Shown: one piece after another, positions 31,784 through 40,319 of the stretch
Layout of the letters: each line of letters begins with the position of its first letter
How positions within the stretch are numbered: position 1 is the stretch's first letter
Source: Aquabacterium sp.
GTDB lineage: Bacteria > Pseudomonadota > Gammaproteobacteria > Burkholderiales > Burkholderiaceae_C
Direction: 5' to 3'
Length of the DNA stretch: 64,000 nt
NCBI RefSeq assembly: GCF_034003525.1
Contig: NZ_JAVEYN010000014.1
Location: 24,838 to 88,837 of the forward strand
Position numbers and translations under genes: made by a program
Notes under the pieces: generated by a model
Seen by the model: the letters and a program-made list of their open reading frames with translations, nothing else
Databases searched by the model: none
What the model was told of the DNA's origin: nothing

Positions 31784-32905
31784 ATGAGCGCAGTCGTCAT
31801 CAGCGGAACTGGTTTGTACCAGCCGCCTTACACCATCACCAACGCCGAGCTCGTCGAGGCCTTCAACGCCTACGTTGACCAGTACAACGCCGAGCACGCC
31901 GCCGAGATCGAGGCCGGCACCCTGACGGCCCTGGCCCACTCCAGCGTCGAGTTCATCGAAAAGGCGTCGGGCATCAAGCAGCGCTATGTGATGGAGAAGT
32001 CGGGCATCCTCGACCCGAAGCGCATGTACCCGCGCCTGCAACCGCGTGGCGATGACGAGCTGTCCATCCTCGCCGAAATTGGTGTGGAAGCCGCCAAGAA
32101 GGCCATGGCCGCGGCCGGCAAGACCGGTGCCGACATCGACGCCGTGATCTGCTCGTGCTCCAACCTGCAGCGTGCCTACCCCGCCATCGCGATCGAAATC
32201 CAGAACGCCATCGGCGCCAAGGGTTATGGCTACGACATGAACGTGGCCTGCTCGGCCGCCACCTTCGGTCTGGAGCAGGCGGTCAATGCCATCAAGTCGG
32301 GCTCGGCCAAGTGCGTGCTGGTGATCAACCCCGAAATCACCTCGGGCCACCAGGAATGGAAGGACCGCGACTGCCACTTCATCTTCGGTGACGTGGCCAC
32401 GGCCACCATCGTTGAGCGCGCCGACACCGCCACCTCCGCAGAGCAGTGGGAAGTGCTGGGCTCCAAGCTCGCCACCCAGTTCTCCAACAACATCCGCAAC
32501 AACTTCGGCTACCTCAACCGCAGCGAAGACAGCGACCCCACCGCCCGCGACAAGACCTTCCGCCAGGAAGGCCGCAAGGTCTTCAAGGAAGTGGTGCCCA
32601 TCGCCGCCGCCCACATCGAGTCCGAGTTGACCGAGCTGAAGCTGGCCCCCACCGACGTGCGCCGCTTCTGGCTGCACCAGGCCAACCTGTCGATGAACCA
32701 GCTCATCGTCAAGCGCCTGACCGGTGGCGAAGTCACTCCCGATGTCGCACCGCTGATTCTGGACGAGTACGCCAACACCTCGTCGGCCGGCTCCATCATC
32801 GCCTTCCACCTGCACAAGAGCGATCTGAAGGCGGGCGACCTGGGTGTGATCTGCTCCTTCGGTGCCGGTTACTCGGTCGGCTGCGTGGTCGTGCGCAAGC
32901 GCTGA
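31784..32905 (+). CDS. beta-ketoacyl-ACP synthase III family enzyme (long, 373-aa type)
   Basis: Active-site Cys context [11 protein letters not shown], plus WLHQAN and SFGAGYS blocks of the KAS III / thiolase fold. Confidence 0.85.
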   Translation: MSAVVISGTGLYQPPYTITNAELVEAFNAYVDQYNAEHAAEIEAGTLTALAHSSVEFIEKASGIKQRYVMEKSGILDPKRMYPRLQPRGDDELSILAEIGVEAAKKAMAAAGKTGADIDAVICSCSNLQRAYPAIAIEIQNAIGAKGYGYDMNVACSAATFGLEQAVNAIKSGSAKCVLVINPEITSGHQEWKDRDCHFIFGDVATATIVERADTATSAEQWEVLGSKLATQFSNNIRNNFGYLNRSEDSDPTARDKTFRQEGRKVFKEVVPIAAAHIESELTELKLAPTDVRRFWLHQANLSMNQLIVKRLTGGEVTPDVAPLILDEYANTSSAGSIIAFHLHKSDLKAGDLGVICSFGAGYSVGCVVVRKR

Positions 32906-32928
32906 TCCTGGCCTGACCTTCCCTGCAG

Positions 32929-32960
32929 CGGCCCGTCTGGTTGTCCAGCGGGCCGTTTGT
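32929..32960 (+). terminator. terminator-like hairpin after the KAS III gene
   Basis: An 11-bp interrupted stem, CGGCCCG(t)CTGG-TTGT-CCAGCGGGCCG, is followed by TTTGT. Confidence 0.55.
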
Positions 32961-32992
32961 CCATCCTGACGATCCTGGTTTCTTCTGCGTTC

Positions 32993-34447
32993 ATGAGCGG
33001 CGAATTCACCTTCTACTGGCACGACTACGAAACCTTCGGCAAGGTGCCGCGACGCGACCGCCCCTCGCAGTTTGCCGGTATCCGCACCGATGCCGACCTG
33101 AACGAGGTGGGCGAGCCGCTGATGCAGTACTGCGCCCCCGCGCCCGATTACCTGCCCGAGCCTGAGGCCTGCCTGCTGACCGGCATCCTGCCGCAGACCT
33201 GTCTGGAGCAGGGCGTGCCGGAGCATGCCTTTGCTCAGGCCATCGCCCAGGAGCTGTCCCAGCCCAACACCGTGGGCGTGGGCTACAACACCATCCGCTT
33301 CGACGACGAGGTGACGCGCCATCTGTTCTGGCGCAACCTGATCGACCCCTATGCCCGCGAGTGGCAAAACGGCTGCGGTCGCTGGGACCTGCTGGACGTG
33401 GTGCGCACCACCTGGGCCCTGCGCCCCGAAGGCATCCAGTGGCCCAAGCACGACGACGGCCGCCCGTCCTTCAAGCTGGAGCACCTGACTGCCGCCAACG
33501 GTCTGAGCCACGAGGCCGCGCACGACGCCTTGTCCGACGTGCGCGCGACCATTGCGCTGGCCCGCCTGCTCAAACAGGCTCAGCCGCGCCTGTGGGACTT
33601 CTGTCTCAAGCTGCGCAAGAAAGACGCCGTGCTGGCTGAAGCCGGACTGCACCAGCCGCGTTCGCACTGGAAGCCCTTCCTGCACATCTCCGGCATGTTC
33701 AGCCACGAGCGTGGTTGCATGGCCCTGGTCTGGCCCCTGGCCCAGCACCCCAGCAACAAGAACGAGATCCTGGTGTGGGACCTCGCGCACAATCCGCGTG
33801 AGTTGTTCACCCTCAGCGCCGACGAGCTGCGCCTGCGTCTGTTCACCAAGACCGCCGACCTGCCCGAAGGCGTGACCCGTCTGCCGCTCAAGAGCGTGCA
33901 CATCAACAAGTCGCCCATCGTGGTCGGCAACCTCAAGGTGCTGACGCCTGCCTTGTGCCAGAAATGGGGCATTGACGTGTCTCAGGCGATGTCGCATGCC
34001 GAATGGGCGGCCGCGCAAGGCCCGAGCATGGATGGCATCTGGGCCGAGGTCTTCGCCCGTCCCGAGCGTTCGCTTGACACCGATGTGGACGAGGACCTCT
34101 ACGGCGGTTTCGTCGGCAACGAAGACCGGCGTGTGCTGGAGCGCCTGCGCGTGCTCTCTGGCGAGCAGCTGGCCGACAAGCACCCCGGCTTTGTCGACGA
34201 ACGGCTCGACGAGCTGTTCTTCCGCTACCGCGCCCGTAACTTTCCCGACACCCTCAACGAGGCCGAGCTGGCGCGCTGGCACGCCCTGCGCGTGGCACGA
34301 CTTCACGAAGGGCAGGGCGGCGGCCTGTCGCTGCAAGCCTTCTTCGAGCGCATCGACGCGCTGAGTGAAACCCTGTCTGACGACGATGAGCGCGGCCAGG
34401 ACATCCTGGGTGCGCTGTACGACTATGCCGAACAGATCGCGCCCTGA
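32993..34447 (+). CDS. sbcB: exodeoxyribonuclease I
   Basis: 484 aa starting MSGEFTFYWHDYETFG, with the DEDDh block HDALSDV. The start was trimmed to the ATG at 32993. Confidence 0.93.
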   Translation: MSGEFTFYWHDYETFGKVPRRDRPSQFAGIRTDADLNEVGEPLMQYCAPAPDYLPEPEACLLTGILPQTCLEQGVPEHAFAQAIAQELSQPNTVGVGYNTIRFDDEVTRHLFWRNLIDPYAREWQNGCGRWDLLDVVRTTWALRPEGIQWPKHDDGRPSFKLEHLTAANGLSHEAAHDALSDVRATIALARLLKQAQPRLWDFCLKLRKKDAVLAEAGLHQPRSHWKPFLHISGMFSHERGCMALVWPLAQHPSNKNEILVWDLAHNPRELFTLSADELRLRLFTKTADLPEGVTRLPLKSVHINKSPIVVGNLKVLTPALCQKWGIDVSQAMSHAEWAAAQGPSMDGIWAEVFARPERSLDTDVDEDLYGGFVGNEDRRVLERLRVLSGEQLADKHPGFVDERLDELFFRYRARNFPDTLNEAELARWHALRVARLHEGQGGGLSLQAFFERIDALSETLSDDDERGQDILGALYDYAEQIAP

Positions 34448-35015
34448 AAGCCGTCCTTCGGTGACGCCCGGGGTGACCGCACTGGTGCCGCATCACCGCA
34501 GCACGCCGCCACACCTCAAATACCTCAGCGGCTATCCGGCCCACCTGTTGCAGCAGGTGCAGGGCCTGATCGATGACGGCAAGCTGGGCGACATGCTGGC
34601 CCGGCGCTACCCCGATCAGCACGAAGTGCGCACCGACAAGGCCCTGTACGACTACGTCATGGACCTCAAGCAACGCTACCTGCGCAGCAGCGAGCCGCTC
34701 AGCAAGATCGCCTTCGACAGCAAGATCAAGATCATCGCGCACGCGCTGGGCACGCACACCATGGTGTCACGCGTGCAGGGCGGCAAGCTCAAGGCCAAGC
34801 GCGAAATCCGCATCGCCAGCCTGTTCAAGGAGACGCCGCCCGAGTTCCTGGAGATGATCGTGGTGCACGAACTCGCCCACCTCAAGGAGCGCGAGCACAA
34901 CAAGGCCTTCTACAGCCTGTGCACCCACATGGCGCCGCAGTACCACCAGCACGAGTTCGATCTGCGACTGTGGCTGGTGTGGCGCGAGCTTCAGCCCCAG
35001 AGCGTGGGCTTGTAA
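34425..35015 (+). CDS. YgjP-like (DUF45/M48-related) metallopeptidase-domain protein
   Basis: A zinc motif is present in IVVHELAHLKEREHNKAFY (HExxH + H). The start is uncertain: ATG 34425 overlapping the sbcB end, or GTG 34461/34473. Confidence 0.65.
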   Translation: MPNRSRPESRPSVTPGVTALVPHHRSTPPHLKYLSGYPAHLLQQVQGLIDDGKLGDMLARRYPDQHEVRTDKALYDYVMDLKQRYLRSSEPLSKIAFDSKIKIIAHALGTHTMVSRVQGGKLKAKREIRIASLFKETPPEFLEMIVVHELAHLKEREHNKAFYSLCTHMAPQYHQHEFDLRLWLVWRELQPQSVGL

Positions 35016-35470
35016 ACCATCAGGAAGTACACCCCCAGCATGGCGAGGAAGGCCGGGTAGCCCAAGCGTTCCCACATTGCGGCCTTCTGCCAATACGCGA
35101 CAGGCAGGGCGGTGTGCCCAGCGGTGGCGGCCTCTTGGGCCATGCGGGCCATGTCCAGCTGCAACAGCACCACCGGCACCCAGCAGATGCCCGCCAGGGC
35201 GTACAGGCCCAAGGTGAGCATCAGCCAGGGGCTGGTCCACGACCAACCGGCTTGCTGCACCAGCCACAGCCCCGACAGCGGCTGAATGATCACAGCCGGG
35301 GTGGTGAACCACCAGTCCGCCCGCACGACCAGACGCGAGACGACCGCCTGGGCCGCGACCGAACCGCTGCGGTTGGCGAAGAACATGTAGAAGGCCGAGC
35401 CAAAGCCCGTGCCCACCATCAGGACGCTGGACAGGATGTGCAGCCACTTGACGATCAGATAGGTGTTCAT
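34991..35470 (-). CDS. DUF2269-family integral membrane protein
   Basis: 159 aa with four hydrophobic helices, starting MNTYLIVKWLHILSSVLMVGTGFG. Its ATG overlaps the upstream stop (ATGA). Confidence 0.8.
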   Translation of the reverse strand: MNTYLIVKWLHILSSVLMVGTGFGSAFYMFFANRSGSVAAQAVVSRLVVRADWWFTTPAVIIQPLSGLWLVQQAGWSWTSPWLMLTLGLYALAGICWVPVVLLQLDMARMAQEAATAGHTALPVAYWQKAAMWERLGYPAFLAMLGVYFLMVYKPTLWG

Positions 35471-35832
35471 GATGCAGAGCTTTCACGCAGTTGCCACAAG
35501 ATCAGGGCGATGGGCAGGTTCTTCAGCAGCGGCCCCAAGGGGTGCAGCCACAAGGCGGGCGACAGGAGCGTGGCCACCACGGTCATCAGCACCATGGCGG
35601 CCAGGGCGACGTCATAAACCCGACGCTGAGGCCACCACCACAGCGCCACGCCCAATGCCAGGTCGAGCAGCGCGCCCGCCACGATGGCGGCTTGCTGCCA
35701 AGCGGGGTCGCTGATCAATGTGCCTTGCAGCAGCGCGGTGCTTTGCCCCGACAGCTCGATCAGGCTGACCACGCCCGTCCACAGCCAGACGAGGCTCAAG
35801 ACGCGGGCGCTGAGGCGATGGGTCGGGTTCAT
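35467..35832 (-). CDS. DoxX-like small membrane protein
   Basis: 121 aa with a 3-4 helix membrane pattern (VLSLVWLWTGVVSL..., ...AIVAGALLDLALGVALWWWP). Its ATG overlaps the SDR stop (ATGA). The start was trimmed from the track ORF. Confidence 0.7.
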   Translation of the reverse strand: MNPTHRLSARVLSLVWLWTGVVSLIELSGQSTALLQGTLISDPAWQQAAIVAGALLDLALGVALWWWPQRRVYDVALAAMVLMTVVATLLSPALWLHPLGPLLKNLPIALILWQLRESSAS

Positions 35833-36710
35833 GATGCGGTCCCTTGCAAGGGAAAGAGATCGGGGGCGATGGGGGAGCGGTTCAGGAGTGAGGTGACCTG
35901 GCCCGAAGGTGCCACATTGTCGTGCGACAACAGGGCCAGGGTTTCGCTGCACCACGGGCTGATGGGCACGAGGTCACCGAGCCGTGCGCTCAGCACCGTC
36001 AGCCAGTCCGGCAGGGTGGCCTGCCAGGCACGGCGATGGCCTAGCCGCTGCCGCAACAGGCGCAGGAAGGCGGCGATGGTCAACGCCTGCGGCCCGACCG
36101 CCGAGACGGTGGATGGTGGCACCTCAGGATGGATCACCAGTGCTGTCACGAGGTCCGCCAAGTCGTTCACCGCCACCGGCTGGATGCGCGTGCGCACCAC
36201 CGGTGCCGGTAGCCACCACAGCGGACTGCGCGCCAGCATCATGAACAACTCGCTGCTGGCCCCGCCTCGGCCGAAGACGACGCTGGGGCGCACGATGACA
36301 CCGTCCAGTTCACCCCGCGCGGTCCATTCGGCCAGTCGTGCCTCGGCTTGCAGCTTGCTGCGGGCGTACAGGGTGGGGTTGCCCGCCAGCCCCAGCGCCG
36401 AGATGTGCACGACCCGGCGCACACCCGCCCGCGCGCACGCTTCGAAGAGCGCCGCCGGGGTGTCGGCGTGGATGGCCTGCATCGGCCGCGTGGCGTGATC
36501 CCGCAGCACGCCAACGGCGTTGACCACGGCGTCCACACCTTGCAGGCGTGGCAGCCACGCCTCGGGCCGGGTGTCTTGCGTGAAGTCCACCACCACACCG
36601 CCGGGGCGTGCCTGGGACGAGGCCGGGATCACGGTGTGAGCGGCCTGGGTCAGGGTCTGGTGGATGTGCCGACCGATGAAGCCGGTGGCGCCACAGAGCA
36701 GGATGCGCAT
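35829..36710 (-). CDS. NAD(P)H-binding SDR / NDUFA9-like (atypical epimerase family) protein, copy 1
   Basis: It starts MRILLCGATGFIGRH (Rossmann GxxGxxG) and has a YARSK (YxxxK) block. A GGAG Shine-Dalgarno sequence precedes the ATG at 36710. The track ORF 35829..37265 is an over-extension across the DCC gene. Confidence 0.85.
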   Translation of the reverse strand: MRILLCGATGFIGRHIHQTLTQAAHTVIPASSQARPGGVVVDFTQDTRPEAWLPRLQGVDAVVNAVGVLRDHATRPMQAIHADTPAALFEACARAGVRRVVHISALGLAGNPTLYARSKLQAEARLAEWTARGELDGVIVRPSVVFGRGGASSELFMMLARSPLWWLPAPVVRTRIQPVAVNDLADLVTALVIHPEVPPSTVSAVGPQALTIAAFLRLLRQRLGHRRAWQATLPDWLTVLSARLGDLVPISPWCSETLALLSHDNVAPSGQVTSLLNRSPIAPDLFPLQGTAS

Positions 36711-36754
36711 GTTGATCTCCTGGGTACTTGTTGGAGGGCGAGCGGCGTGACCGC

Positions 36755-37207
36755 TCAACGCCGTGTGCATTGCCCTTGCGAGCACGAGCCGTGGGCGGCC
36801 GCGTGTTCTGCGGCCCGCCGGGACGCCCCCTCGAACAGCCAGCGCACGACAAAGCGGGGGATGCGCTGACGGTATCGGGCCACGAAGGGGTAGAGCGCGT
36901 CCGCCAAGGGGCCGATCACCGGCCAGGTGGTCGCGCGGGTGACCCAACCCAGGCCGACACCGGTGTAGGCCGCATGCAGCGCTGGCACACCTCGGATGAC
37001 GCGCCCGTCCGCGGCGCGGGCGTGCAGCAATCGCATCAGCTCGGCATACGGCACGCCCGGCAGCGGTGACACCTCCGGCGTGGCCGACACATCCACGAAC
37101 ACCAGCTTCGCCTCCCGGTTGCGCAGCATCAGGTTGCTCATCTCTGCCATGCACAGAGGGCAGGAGGCGTCGTAGTAGATCGTCAAGGGGTAGAGTGCGT
37201 GGTTCAT
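36755..37207 (-). CDS. DCC-family (DUF393) thiol-disulfide oxidoreductase
   Basis: 150 aa starting MNHALYPLTIYYDASCPLCMAEM, with the family CxxC motif near the N-terminus. Confidence 0.85.
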   Translation of the reverse strand: MNHALYPLTIYYDASCPLCMAEMSNLMLRNREAKLVFVDVSATPEVSPLPGVPYAELMRLLHARAADGRVIRGVPALHAAYTGVGLGWVTRATTWPVIGPLADALYPFVARYRQRIPRFVVRWLFEGASRRAAEHAAAHGSCSQGQCTRR

Positions 37208-37247
37208 GATATGCCTGACATTTCAGTAATAACAGAAACATTGAGCC

Positions 37248-37271
37248 AAAAAAAGGGGAGATCAACTCCCC
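37248..37271 (-). terminator. intrinsic terminator/attenuator overlapping the stop codon of the GbsR/MarR gene
   Basis: The minus strand reads GGGGAG-TTGAT-CTCCCC followed by TTTTTTT. The TGA stop of the regulator sits in the loop, and the DCC gene starts 41 nt further on. Confidence 0.6.
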
Positions 37272-37786
37272 CGGATGAACTTCTGAACACTGGCTCCCAT
37301 GCGCAGCACCTTTTCCAGGGTGCTGGGTGAGAGGCGCAACATCTCATCCGTCCACGACCCCAGCGATTCCATGAAGCGCAGGGTTTCGCGGACCCGGTCT
37401 TGCACGTCCGGGCTCTCGTTTTCGAACTCGGGCTGCGCCACGAGTTGCTGCAGCAGGCGGGTGGTGGGGTCGAACTCCCGCTCCTTGCGTTCGCGCACGA
37501 TGGTGTTGAACAAGGCCCAGACGTCGTGTGAGGTGTCGAAGTAGTCGCGGCGATCCCCCAGCACATGCGAGATGCGCACAAGGTTCCAGGACTGCAACTC
37601 CTTGAGGCTGGTGCTCACGTTGGAGCGGGCCACGCCCAGGGTTTCGGCGATCTCTTCCGCGTGCAGCGGGCGACCGTGGAAGAACAAGAGGGCGTGGATC
37701 TGCGCCACGGTGCGGTTGACGCCCCAGGCGGAGCCCATCTCACCCCAGTGCACCACAAATTGACGAGCGACATCTGACAGTTCCAT
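37262..37786 (-). CDS. GbsR/MarR-type winged-helix transcriptional regulator
   Basis: 174 aa. WGVNRTVAQIHALLFFHGRPLHAEEIAETLGVARSNVSTSLKELQSWNLV is a typical GbsR/MarR wHTH. It is the first gene of the minus-strand run. Confidence 0.85.
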   Translation of the reverse strand: MELSDVARQFVVHWGEMGSAWGVNRTVAQIHALLFFHGRPLHAEEIAETLGVARSNVSTSLKELQSWNLVRISHVLGDRRDYFDTSHDVWALFNTIVRERKEREFDPTTRLLQQLVAQPEFENESPDVQDRVRETLRFMESLGSWTDEMLRLSPSTLEKVLRMGASVQKFIRGS

Positions 37787-37811
37787 GTGCGCCAGTCTAT
37801 CTCGTCAGTTC

Positions 37812-37829
37812 TTTCTGTCAAGACAGAAA
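37812..37829. promoter_or_regulatory. candidate operator upstream of the GbsR/MarR regulator gene
   Basis: A perfect inverted repeat, TTTCTGTC-AA-GACAGAAA, lies 26 bp upstream of the regulator ATG (37786) in an AT-rich patch. Confidence 0.5.
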
Positions 37830-37863
37830 TTAAAAAAGTTTGCCTTGTCGCCCCGTCAATCGG

Positions 37864-40227
37864 TCAATTGAACAACCGCTCAATGAACGAGCGCAGTGTG
37901 TCTTCCCCCTCGGGCTCGGAGGCACCGGGCAAGGGCGGTGTCGGGATCAGGCTGCGGTCGATCGGGGTCTCGTCCACGCCCAACTCCGTGAGGAAGCCCC
38001 CCTCGGCCCATTCGCTGTAACGCCAGCCGGTGGGCAGGCTCACCACACCTTCCGGCGTACTCAGACTGCGCACCGGCTCGCCGCGCAAGGCAGTGCCCAT
38101 GAACTGGATCCAGGCCGGCAAGGCCAGCGAGCCACCGGAGGCCTGGCTGCCCAGGCTGCGCGGCGTGTCATGGCCAAACCAGACGACCGCCACCAGGTTG
38201 GGCTGGAAGCCGGCAAACCAGGCGTCCACCACGTCATTGGTTGTGCCGGTCTTGCCATACAGATCGGGGCGACGCAGTTGGGCCTGGGCCTTGGCCGCGG
38301 TGCCGCTGCGTGCCACTTCGTTGAGCAGGGTCGACGTCACAAAAGCATTGCGGGCAGGGATCACACGCTGCGATTCGTCGGCGGGCGTCGGCTTGGCCTC
38401 GAACACGACCTTGCCTTGGCCGTCCTGAATCTTTTGGATCAGCACAGGGTTGACGGACAGGCCGCCATTGGCAATGACCGCATAGGCGCTGGCCATCTGC
38501 ATCACCGTGGTCGAGCCGGAGCCCAGGGCCAAGGTCAGGTTGGCAGGCTGCTTGTCCACGTCAAAGCCGAAGTGCCCGGTCCACTGGCGTGCGGCCTCGG
38601 GGCCCATCAACTGCACCAGGCGGATGCTGACCAGGTTTTTGGACTTGGCCAGGGCAATGTGCAGCGGGATCGGGCCTTCGGCGCTGCCATCGGCGTTGCT
38701 CGGTGTCCAGTTGCCGACATCGCTCAGTGGGGCGTCGTTGATCAAGGTCTCGGGCATCACGCCGTTCTCGAGGGCGGCGGAGTACAGGAAAGGCTTGTAG
38801 GTCGAGCCCGGCTGACGCCAGCCCTGGGTCACGTGGTTGAACTGGTTGCGATGAAAATCGAAGCCGCCCACCAGCGCACGGATGCGCCCATCGTGCGGGT
38901 CCATGGCCACCAGGGCTCCTTCTGCCTGCGGCCACTGGGTGATGACCCACTCCTGGCCCACCTGCAGCAGGCGCACCACCGAGCCGCGTGTCACCCTTTG
39001 GTTGGCCCGTGCCTTGGCGCCCAGCCCCGGCAGCGCCTGCCTCAGCCCCTTGCCACTCACCACCACCACGTCGCCCGAGGCCAGCACGGCCGTCACGCGC
39101 TTGCTGCTGGCCTGGGTGACGATGGCCACACGCAGGGTCTCGTCGTCGTCGTGATCGGTCAGCAACTGGGCGATGGCCGGATCCTGATCGCTCAGGTCGG
39201 CAGGCAGGTCCTCCTGGGCTTCTGGGCCACGCCAGGCCAGACGCAACTCGCGGTCGATCAGCGTCTTGCGCACGGCCTTCCAGCCCGCTTGCTGGTCGGC
39301 TGCGCGCAGCGTGGTCACCACCTTCATGCCGCTGGTGTAGGCGGACTCGCCGTACTGGGCATACACCTGGGCGCGTGCCATCTCGGCCACGTACTCGCCG
39401 TGCACGTCCATCTCGCCGGGGTTGCGCACGTAGAGCTTTTCGGCCTTGGCGGCTGCGTACACGATGTCGTCGATCACGCCCTCGGCACGCATGCGCGAGA
39501 GCACCACCAACTGCCGATCCTTGGCACGCTTGGGGCTCTTGATCGGGTTGGCATAGGCCGGGTTCTGTGGCAGGCCGGCCAGCATCGCGCACTCGGCGAC
39601 GGACAGCTGCTGGATGGGCTTGCCGAAGTAGGTGCGCGAGGCTTCGGCAAAGCCATAGGTGCGCGCGCCCAGGTAGATCTGGTTCATGTAGAGCTCGAGG
39701 ATCTGGTCCTTGCTCAACTGCTGCTCGATGCGCAGCGACAGCAAAGCCTCCTTGAGCTTGCGCGACAGGGTGCGCTCGCGCGTCAGGAAGAAGGTGCGTG
39801 CCACCTGCTGGGTGATGGTCGACGCCCCTTGCGTGCGGCCGCCTGTGGCGTTGGCGACGATGGCCCGCAGCACACCGATCACGTCGATGCCGGGGTGCTC
39901 GTAAAAACGGGAGTCTTCCACCGCCAGCAGGCTGTCGCGCATCATCTGCGGGAACTGCTGGATGCGCAGGTACTCGCGCTTCTCGTTGCCGAAGCCTCCG
40001 ATCTCGACCCCGTCGGCGGTGTACACCCGCAAGGGTTGCTTGGGCTGGTAGTTGGCCAGGCTGCTGGTGTCGGGCAGCTGTGGCAGGAGCACGAGGACCG
40101 TGGCACCCAGGCCGAGCACGCCCGCCAGGCACAGAGCGAGCAGGGCCCACAGGGCGCGGCGCAGCCAGCGGGAGGCGGCACCGTCGCGGGTCGCGGAATC
40201 GGACATACAGCAAGGCCGGCGCGCCAA
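37864..40227 (-). CDS. mrcA: penicillin-binding protein 1A (bifunctional transglycosylase/transpeptidase)
   Basis: GT51 motifs are present (EDSRFYEHPGID, RKLKEA), as are the transpeptidase motifs STYKP, SKN and KTGT. The start is ATG 40227 or 40206. Confidence 0.95.
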   Translation of the reverse strand: MARRPCCMSDSATRDGAASRWLRRALWALLALCLAGVLGLGATVLVLLPQLPDTSSLANYQPKQPLRVYTADGVEIGGFGNEKREYLRIQQFPQMMRDSLLAVEDSRFYEHPGIDVIGVLRAIVANATGGRTQGASTITQQVARTFFLTRERTLSRKLKEALLSLRIEQQLSKDQILELYMNQIYLGARTYGFAEASRTYFGKPIQQLSVAECAMLAGLPQNPAYANPIKSPKRAKDRQLVVLSRMRAEGVIDDIVYAAAKAEKLYVRNPGEMDVHGEYVAEMARAQVYAQYGESAYTSGMKVVTTLRAADQQAGWKAVRKTLIDRELRLAWRGPEAQEDLPADLSDQDPAIAQLLTDHDDDETLRVAIVTQASSKRVTAVLASGDVVVVSGKGLRQALPGLGAKARANQRVTRGSVVRLLQVGQEWVITQWPQAEGALVAMDPHDGRIRALVGGFDFHRNQFNHVTQGWRQPGSTYKPFLYSAALENGVMPETLINDAPLSDVGNWTPSNADGSAEGPIPLHIALAKSKNLVSIRLVQLMGPEAARQWTGHFGFDVDKQPANLTLALGSGSTTVMQMASAYAVIANGGLSVNPVLIQKIQDGQGKVVFEAKPTPADESQRVIPARNAFVTSTLLNEVARSGTAAKAQAQLRRPDLYGKTGTTNDVVDAWFAGFQPNLVAVVWFGHDTPRSLGSQASGGSLALPAWIQFMGTALRGEPVRSLSTPEGVVSLPTGWRYSEWAEGGFLTELGVDETPIDRSLIPTPPLPGASEPEGEDTLRSFIERLFN

Positions 40228-40319
40228 GGCGCCATCAAGTCAGCAAGCGGGAATTATGGCCGCACGCCGCAGGGCCTTTGCAAGGAGATGTGAGCCGCCG
40301 TTAGCACGACGCTCCGGGC

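Noticed and set aside
31418-34336. 972-aa minus-strand ORF
   Set aside because: It is antisense to the KAS III and sbcB genes, both of which carry catalytic motifs. It is a GC-composition artefact.
37840-40293. 817-aa plus-strand ORF
   Set aside because: It is antisense to mrcA (PBP1A), which has a complete GT51 and transpeptidase motif set.
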